The notes below the pieces were generated by a model. The model did no database searches and was not told the DNA's origin. It was given only the letters and a program-made list of their open reading frames with translations. DNA of 64,000 nucleotides from Hyaloraphidium curvatum SAG 235-1 (taxonomy: Eukaryota > Fungi > Monoblepharomycota): positions 434,001 through 498,000 of the forward strand of contig JAIVFI010000016.1 of assembly GCA_025558095.1 (NCBI GenBank), read 5' to 3'. Position numbers and translations under genes: made by a program. Below, piece after piece: positions 57,753-64,000 of this stretch; positions within the stretch are counted from its first letter, which is position 1; every line of letters begins with the position of its first letter.

Positions 57753-59457
57753 CTACCCCTTGTGTTGCACGATCTCGGTCACCACCTTGCCGTCCTTTAT
57801 CTTGGTGATGAACTGCTCCGGCACCGCCTTCTCCTCCCAGTCCTCCCCCTTGGGGAAGCTCACGTTGACCTCGGAGCTCTTGCTGCTCAGCAGCTCCGTG
57901 TCCAGGCCCTCGGCCGAGAGGAAGAGGTGGAAGCCGTCCGTCTTGTCGACCGAGACCGTGGGCGCCTTGCCCGTGACCTGGACCTGCAGAGACTTGGAAT
58001 TGACCACCTCGACCGAGGAGACGACCGATTCGAGGAGGATGCCGGTCTTGCGGCAGTTGTCTGCACGACACAGCCCGCACGTGAGCTCATTTGCCAGCGC
58101 CGGAAGCCGGTTTCGTACCCACCGATCGCGACGGCGTTGACCTTGCCCTTGACCTGCACCGTGCAGTCCTGCAGGTTGTAAATGTACACGATCTGCTTGG
58201 CCTCGACGCCCTCGACGACGATCTCCTTGTCCCCGACAAAGTTTTCCACGGACCACTTGTTCCCGTCCAGCTCCTTGCGCGGCGGCTTTGCCGGCGCGCT
58301 CGCCGCCGCCGCCGGCGCCGCGGCGGGGGCCTTCTTGGCCTTCTCCTTCTCCAGATCCGGCACGGTGCCGCCGGCCCTCAACGCCGGGTTCTTGTGCGTC
58401 ATCTGGCTCTTGTCCACGTGCTTGAGCCCGGCCGTGACGGCGGCGCCCTTGTTGAGCTCCGAAAAGAGCGCCTGCGCGCCGCCTTCGGCCGCGGGGGCGG
58501 GGGGACCGCCGTACTTGTCGAGGTAGTCGGCCGGCGGGGGAGGAGGAGGCGGGGGAGGGCCGCCGGCGGGGGGAGGAGGCGGGGCGGCGGCGGCCGCGGG
58601 CGCGGCTGCGGGCTCCGGGGCGGGGGCGGCGGCGCCGGGCTTGGCGTCGCCGCCTTTGGGGTTCCAGGCGAGACCGGTGGTGTGGTGCTGCTTCACGTAG
58701 GATTGGACCTCGGAGAGGAGCTTGATCCAGCTCTTGGCCCAGTCGACGGAAACCGGGTCTCTGCCGTCGCGAGATCATCAGCACGCGTGCCGGAACCGCG
58801 TGAATGCCACCGACGACCCACTTTTCCTTGTTGTCCTTGATCACGCGGTTGGTATAGAATTCTGCAGAGGCCTTCATCTCCTCCACGAACGGCGCCGGCG
58901 CGGGTTCCTTTTGGTGGAGTCACCCCCGGATTCCATGCTCGCACGACGCCTGCTACCCACGATCTGAACCCATCCCAGCGCCGGTATCCCCTCCGCCACC
59001 GCGCTCAGGTGGTTGAACTGCGGGCTCGGCCTGTTCTTGTCCTTGAGCTCGACGATCTTGCCGATGGCTTCGCCCAAAGGCTTCAGGAACTCGGGCAGCG
59101 CGGTCGCGGCGGGTTTCTTGGACTGCGACGCGGTGACGACCAGGGAGCCGACCGCGGCAAAGGCGTTTTTGACGGCAGCGGCCTGTTCGACGCGGGTGAG
59201 CGCGTGCTGGGGGTGCCGGGGCAAGCGGACCCGACCTGCTCCTGCACCAGGCCGCCCAGCTTCTCCGACAGCCCCGCGAACTCGGCCAGCGCGCCCGTCG
59301 ACACGTCATCCCACGCCTTGGACGCCGCCGACGACGCAGCAGCCGGGGCAGCGGCGGCGGCGGCCGGTGCGGGCGCGGCGGGGGATGCGCCGGACGCGGC
59401 GAGCGCCTCGAGCTTCGCCGCGACGGCCTCGAGCCGCGTGACGAGCGCGGCCTCCAT
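57753..59457 (-). CDS. SRV2: Adenylyl cyclase-associated protein (CAP/Srv2)
   Basis: RLE motif, FNHLSAVAEGIPALGWV, AEFYTNRV, poly-Pro, WH2 (ALFSELNKG..VTAGLKHVDKSQMTHKNP) and a C-CAP domain. Confidence 0.96.
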
Positions 59458-59697
59458 CGTCGGGCGGACAAGGCGCGGCGTCGAATGAATGCCGGGAGTT
59501 GAGGCCTGCCGTGAACAGGGTCCGCTCGCCAGAAGGCAAGGGGTTTCCCCTGCAAACACAACGCCGGTGCAACGGCGCTCTCGTTGGCGACTAATAGGAA
59601 AGGAGGCGCGGGCGGATCTTTGCGAGCTTTGAGTTTACCCGGCCTCGGGAAAGCCCGCTTGCTAGCCTTGGCCGCCTCACCGCCACCGATCCACGAA

Positions 59698-60900
59698 ATG
59701 GTCTCTCCTCCGCCGACCGTGGCGTACTATGTGAGCGGCCACGGCTTTGGCCACGCGACCCGAAGCGTGCAGACCATCTCGGCCCTCTGCGACCTCGGTG
59801 TCCGGGTGCGGATCGTCTCCTCGGCCCCCTCCTTCCTCTTTTCCGAGGTGCTGGAACGGCACCCGGACCTCGCCTCGCTGAGGGAAGCGTTCCTGGACGT
59901 CGGCGTGGTGCAGGCCGACGCCCTGTCGATCGACGCCGGGGAAACCATGTCCCGCCTTCGGGAGTTCATGTCCTCCGCCGACGCCCTCGTCGCCGAGGAG
60001 GCCGTCTGGCTCCGCCGGGCGGGCGCGGACCTCGTGCTCGCCGACGCCTCGTTCGTCCCCTGCGCCGCGGCCAGGATGGCGGGGGTGCCGTCGGCGGTGG
60101 TCTCGAACTTTACTTGGGACGCGATACTGGAGCCCTACCGGGATCCGGAGGGCAAGGACGACGCGGCGATGCGGCGGGTGTTTGGCATGTGCGCGGCGGC
60201 GGACTACCTGCTGCGGATGCCGGGGTGGATCGACGTGCCGGCGTTTCCGGACCCGGAGGGCAACCCCAGGGTGTTCGACACCCCGCTCGTCGTGCGCCGG
60301 GCGAGGAAGCCCCGCGGGCACGTGCGCCGCGAGCTGGGGATCGCCGAGGGGGAGAAGGTGGTGCTGATTTCGTTCGGGGGGCACCACCTCGCGCGGGACG
60401 GCTGGTCCGCCGACGGGTTCCTGCCCCCCGGGTGGGTGGGTTTGGTGTGCGGGCCGGGGAAGCAGGTGGCGTCCGGGGCGCGCGGGCAGGCGGGCGGGCC
60501 GCGGCTGATCTCGATACCGATGGAGTCGGTGTACGTGCCGGACGTGACGGCGGCGGCGGACGTGGTGCTGGGCAAGCTCGGGTTCGGGACCTGCTGCGAG
60601 GTGCTGGACGCGGGGGTGCCGTTCGTGTTCGTTTCCCGGACCGGGTTCAGGGAGGAGCCGGGGCTGCACCGGCTGATGCTAGAGTGCAACCCCGAGGGCA
60701 GCGTGGCCGAGATGTCGCACGCGGACTTTGCCGCGGGGAACTGGGCGCCCGCGCTGCTCGCGGTGGTGGGGGCCCGGGGCAACCCGCCGCGGCGGACGAT
60801 CGGGAGCGACGGGGACGCGTGGATCGCGGGGTGGGTGGCGAGGTTCCTGTCGCGCGGGGCGGCCCGGGCCGGGGCCGATGCCGATCCTATGGTCAGCTAG
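59698..60900 (+). CDS. GT-B glycosyltransferase-like protein (L-arabinokinase N-terminal domain type)
   Basis: AYYVSGHGFGHATR, VSNFTWD, LISFGG and YVPD..AAADVVLGKLGFGTCCE. No GHMP kinase domain. Confidence 0.85.
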   Translation: MVSPPPTVAYYVSGHGFGHATRSVQTISALCDLGVRVRIVSSAPSFLFSEVLERHPDLASLREAFLDVGVVQADALSIDAGETMSRLREFMSSADALVAEEAVWLRRAGADLVLADASFVPCAAARMAGVPSAVVSNFTWDAILEPYRDPEGKDDAAMRRVFGMCAAADYLLRMPGWIDVPAFPDPEGNPRVFDTPLVVRRARKPRGHVRRELGIAEGEKVVLISFGGHHLARDGWSADGFLPPGWVGLVCGPGKQVASGARGQAGGPRLISIPMESVYVPDVTAAADVVLGKLGFGTCCEVLDAGVPFVFVSRTGFREEPGLHRLMLECNPEGSVAEMSHADFAAGNWAPALLAVVGARGNPPRRTIGSDGDAWIAGWVARFLSRGAARAGADADPMVS

Positions 60901-61037
60901 GGGAAGGAGTAGATGGTGTCGATCGTGGCGGGGGGTAACGGGCGGCCCCTCGGGATCGGTCCCATCCCTGCATCGCAGTCCGCATTGCTGCAGCATGCCT
61001 CCGTATTTTAAAATCGTGGCTCCGTCTCTGCCGGGGG

Positions 61038-63185
61038 GTGATTTGCGCCTCGGCGCACAATGGCGCAGCGGGAAGCCGCGGGAAGCAGGGTCCCTTCGAG
61101 CCGACGGCCGGCCACCCCCCTGCCTGCCCCGGGGCCTCCTCCGGGCGACGGCGCCTCACGATGACGACGTACAACGCCAGCGCTGCGCGCGCGTTCCAGC
61201 GCTACGGCCACGGCGTCGACGCGGTGTACGACGAGAGCAGCGGGCGGTACCTCGTTGTGTACTCGCTCAACACGGCGGCGGCGGGGGCCGCGTGGCGCCA
61301 CGACGTGCGCGGCTTCTTCGTCGACCCCGGCCGCGGCAACGCGACGGCGCCGTTCGACCTCGCCGCGACGGGCAACGCGAAGGAGCCGTCGTCGGCCGCC
61401 GTGTCGTCCGCCGGCCGGCTGCTCGTGACGGCCGAGGAGGGCGCAAAGGCCGACGGCTGGGACGCGCTGCCGGCCGCCGCCGCCCTGCAGACGTCGCAGT
61501 CGTTCGGCGTGTGGGACCTCAGGGGGCTGGCCGCCGGCGCAAACGGCCCCCCGCCGGTGACGCGCCTGTGGGGCGCCGCGGACATCGAGGGCGGCCACTC
61601 GGGCCACGTGTCGGCGCTGGGCGAGGACTTCCTCATCGCGTACGGCGAGGGCCGCACCGCAGTGCAGGACGACGGCGCCGGCCTGGGCCCGCTGGTCGGC
61701 AACACGGTCAGGGCCTGGCGCGTGGCCTCGGACGGCAGCCTCAAGGAGCCCGGCCCGCTGGTCGTGTCGCCCGACACGGGCGGCGAGGCAAAGGACTTTT
61801 GGCCGCTGGTGGCGTCGTCGGCCGACGCGGGCAACTGGATCGTGGTGTGGCAGCGCTACCCGTCGCGGCAGCTGTGGTCGCAGCTCGTCTCCTCCGCCGG
61901 CCAGGTGCTCGCCGACCCGGGCGCCGTGCTCGTGGCGTCCAACATCATGTGGTACCACTACACGGTCGAGTACTCGCGCCAGCTGGACCGCTTCCTGGTG
62001 CTGGGCCGAATGGTGGAGGCGCAGTACCCCGCCTCGGCGCAGCCGCTGGGCTCGACGGGCGGCTTCTTGGCGAGCATCTCGCCGAAAACGGGCGAGATCG
62101 ACTTCATCTCGACGGGGCTGCTGAGCCCCGTGCGCGAGTGCAAGATGATCTTCGTGGACGCGCCGAAGACGCCCAGCCAGGGCGGGAACCCGTACGGCCG
62201 CCGGCGCCTCAACAGGCGGTCTGGCCCGGGAGACGGCGGCAGCGGCCCGCCGGTAATGCGCAGGGTCGAGCAGCCTGCCGGTCTGTGGGAGCACGTCCCC
62301 GTCTCCCCGGGCGAGCCCGGCTACCCGTACGCCTCCTTCCCGGACTTTGACCCGCACGACGACCCGCACGGCCACCTCGCCCCGCGGCAGGCCGCCCCCA
62401 AAACCGTCGCCTACGTCGTCTACCCCACCGACGTGAACCGTCTGGCGCTCATCAACGTCACCGTCACCGAGGCCACGCCGTGGTACAACCTCACCGTCAC
62501 GGAGTTCTTCCCCGGGGTGGGCACCGACGGCTACGCGTACCAGAACGGCACGACGCAGCTGCAGCGCGTCGCGTTCCACTCCCTGACCGCGCGCGGCATG
62601 CGCAACACCCACCACTCGGTCGACGCCTTTGCGACCGGCAGCGAGGTAAAGACCGGCACGGGGGACGGGTACCAGCCCACCCCGATCGACCCCTCCGCTG
62701 CCGACGGCGCGTTCACCATCCTCGCCGCCATCTTCACCACCCTCTTTGTGTTGTTTACGTTCGGCATCGGCTACTGGAAGATGTGGGAGGCCGGCGACGG
62801 GTGCTTCAAGCGGTGCCCCCGCAAAAAGCGCTCCCGCCCGCCGGGGATCCAGGCGCCGACGCCCGGGCCGGCCCCGCAGCAGGCGATGCAGGCGTACGCC
62901 CCGCCGCAGGCGCAGGTGCCGGAGGACAGGGTGGCGCTGATGCACGCCGACGCGCAGTCGGTCGCGGACGGGTACGGGGGCAACGGGTACCCCCCGCAGG
63001 CGGGCAATGGGTATCCCGCGCAGGCGGGCAACGGGTACCCCCCGCAGGCCCAGCCCCAGGGGGGGAACGCGGTCTACCCCGGGGTGGAGCGGTACCTGGA
63101 AGATCCGATGCCGCGGCCGAGCGAGGACGAGTTCGAGGTGCCGACGTGGGACATGGCGGTGGACAGGCGGAGCCCGGTGCGGTAG
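61038..63185 (+). CDS. Single-pass membrane protein with beta-rich ectodomain (start uncertain)
   Basis: Long ORF with strong GC3 bias and N-glycosylation sequons. TM segment FTILAAIFTTLFVLFTFGIGYW and a Pro/Gln/Tyr-rich tail. Confidence 0.72.
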   Translation: MICASAHNGAAGSRGKQGPFEPTAGHPPACPGASSGRRRLTMTTYNASAARAFQRYGHGVDAVYDESSGRYLVVYSLNTAAAGAAWRHDVRGFFVDPGRGNATAPFDLAATGNAKEPSSAAVSSAGRLLVTAEEGAKADGWDALPAAAALQTSQSFGVWDLRGLAAGANGPPPVTRLWGAADIEGGHSGHVSALGEDFLIAYGEGRTAVQDDGAGLGPLVGNTVRAWRVASDGSLKEPGPLVVSPDTGGEAKDFWPLVASSADAGNWIVVWQRYPSRQLWSQLVSSAGQVLADPGAVLVASNIMWYHYTVEYSRQLDRFLVLGRMVEAQYPASAQPLGSTGGFLASISPKTGEIDFISTGLLSPVRECKMIFVDAPKTPSQGGNPYGRRRLNRRSGPGDGGSGPPVMRRVEQPAGLWEHVPVSPGEPGYPYASFPDFDPHDDPHGHLAPRQAAPKTVAYVVYPTDVNRLALINVTVTEATPWYNLTVTEFFPGVGTDGYAYQNGTTQLQRVAFHSLTARGMRNTHHSVDAFATGSEVKTGTGDGYQPTPIDPSAADGAFTILAAIFTTLFVLFTFGIGYWKMWEAGDGCFKRCPRKKRSRPPGIQAPTPGPAPQQAMQAYAPPQAQVPEDRVALMHADAQSVADGYGGNGYPPQAGNGYPAQAGNGYPPQAQPQGGNAVYPGVERYLEDPMPRPSEDEFEVPTWDMAVDRRSPVR
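62978..63052 (+). repeat. 24-bp coding tandem repeat (GNGYPPQA x3)
   Basis: Three imperfect copies of ggcaacgggtaccccccgcaggcg. Confidence 0.8.
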
Positions 63186-63327
63186 CGGCCGCGGGGTGCG
63201 CGTGCCAGGTGCCATCTCTATGCGCTGTATGTATGGATGCCGCGGCGCGGTCTATGTAGCCAGATGCCTCTCTTGTGCCGCATGGACCGATATCCCGCAC
63301 ACCAACCTCCGAACGCGCACCGGGCGG

Positions 63328-64000
63328 TCACGCCCCCTTCTTTGCCTCCGCTCCCACCGCATCCACCCCCCCGGGCGCCAGCATTACCGCCGCCAGCGGC
63401 GCCACGGCCGCCTGCGCCAGCCCGAACCCGAGGGCATCCCACCCCGGGTATCCCTGCAGGAGGTAGAAGGGCGCCGTGAAGGCCGCCAGCATCACACCGT
63501 TGTTGCCCTCCTCCAGCACCTCCTTGTCCTTCCCCGCCTCCGGGTCCCGGAGCAGCAACGGTTCCAGCAGCTCCCTGCTCATGCTCCGGATCCCCATGAG
63601 CGCGAAGAAGGCCTGGACCAGGTTGACGCCGGGGAGGAGCGACAGCGGGGCGGCCAGGAGGAGGAGCGTCCACTGGCCGGTCTTGTAGAGGTAGAAGGAG
63701 CCCAGGAGGGGCACGACGAGGGTGCGGATGGGGCGGTAGCCGAGGGCAAAGTGGGCCAAGAGGGAGACGGATTGGGTCTGCAGGGTCCTGGCCCCGAACA
63801 GCGCGACGGCGCGGCGGAAGGGGATCTTCTGCGATTGCGGGGCGAGGGATCGGATGCGGGAGGCTTCGGCGGACGCCGGCTTGGATGCCGATGGCGGCGG
63901 GAGGCCGGCGAAGAAGAGGGCGTCCAGCGGGGCCGAAAAGACCTGCCGCACGAAGCTGAGCCCGATTTGAGTGAACCGAGCCGTCCTGACGCGCTCTTCG
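63328..64000 (-). CDS. Multi-pass membrane protein, 5'-partial
   Basis: The ORF is open toward the window end, with several hydrophobic helices and coding-like bias. Confidence 0.6.
   Translation of the reverse strand, partial: EERVRTARFTQIGLSFVRQVFSAPLDALFFAGLPPPSASKPASAEASRIRSLAPQSQKIPFRRAVALFGARTLQTQSVSLLAHFALGYRPIRTLVVPLLGSFYLYKTGQWTLLLLAAPLSLLPGVNLVQAFFALMGIRSMSRELLEPLLLRDPEAGKDKEVLEEGNNGVMLAAFTAPFYLLQGYPGWDALGFGLAQAAVAPLAAVMLAPGGVDAVGAEAKKGA

Noticed and set aside
23905-63052. Short tandem repeats as CRISPR-like arrays
   Set aside because: All are in-frame coding repeats without unique spacers, in a eukaryotic context with no cas genes.
1-64000. Hundreds of long overlapping or antisense ORFs (e.g. 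27054-28898, 61008-63215 minus, 9305-10480)
   Set aside because: They are shadows of real genes caused by high GC3 and scarce stop codons; the translations are Arg/Pro/Gly/Ala-rich and have no motifs.

Overview
Gene-dense, very GC-rich eukaryotic DNA with about 40 genes and many short (roughly 45-65 nt) spliceosomal introns (GTGGG/GTGCG/GTGAG donors, CTGAC-like branch points). The gene content looks like an early-diverging, chytrid-grade fungus; a monoblepharid such as Hyaloraphidium or Gonapodya is my guess, not a database result. Most genes are housekeeping: ADA2, EMP24, SF3A2, RPS26, muskelin, M17 aminopeptidase, thymidylate synthase, TFIIF-alpha, OSBP, ABC1 kinase, ALDH10, MTAP, cytochrome b5-acyl-CoA dehydrogenase and CAP/Srv2. 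Many sit in tight head-to-head pairs. The most unusual items are: (1) a GATA zinc-finger factor carrying two copies of a segment resembling the N-terminal armadillo unit of flagellar SPAG6/PF16; (2) a large secreted ZP/Frem2-like ectodomain with a furin-type site fused to a fungal TRP/FLC multi-TM domain; (3) several bacterial-looking genes (CotH kinase, LigE-like GST, DUF1801, and a His-depleted metal-binding-family surface protein); (4) a chimeric FN3 + Ski2 + C2H2 pseudogene next to a frameshifted MYND gene; (5) a GC-AG intron flanked by a direct repeat. No rRNA, tRNA, CRISPR array or transposase was recognised. Gene coordinates span introns, and all family calls are by eye.
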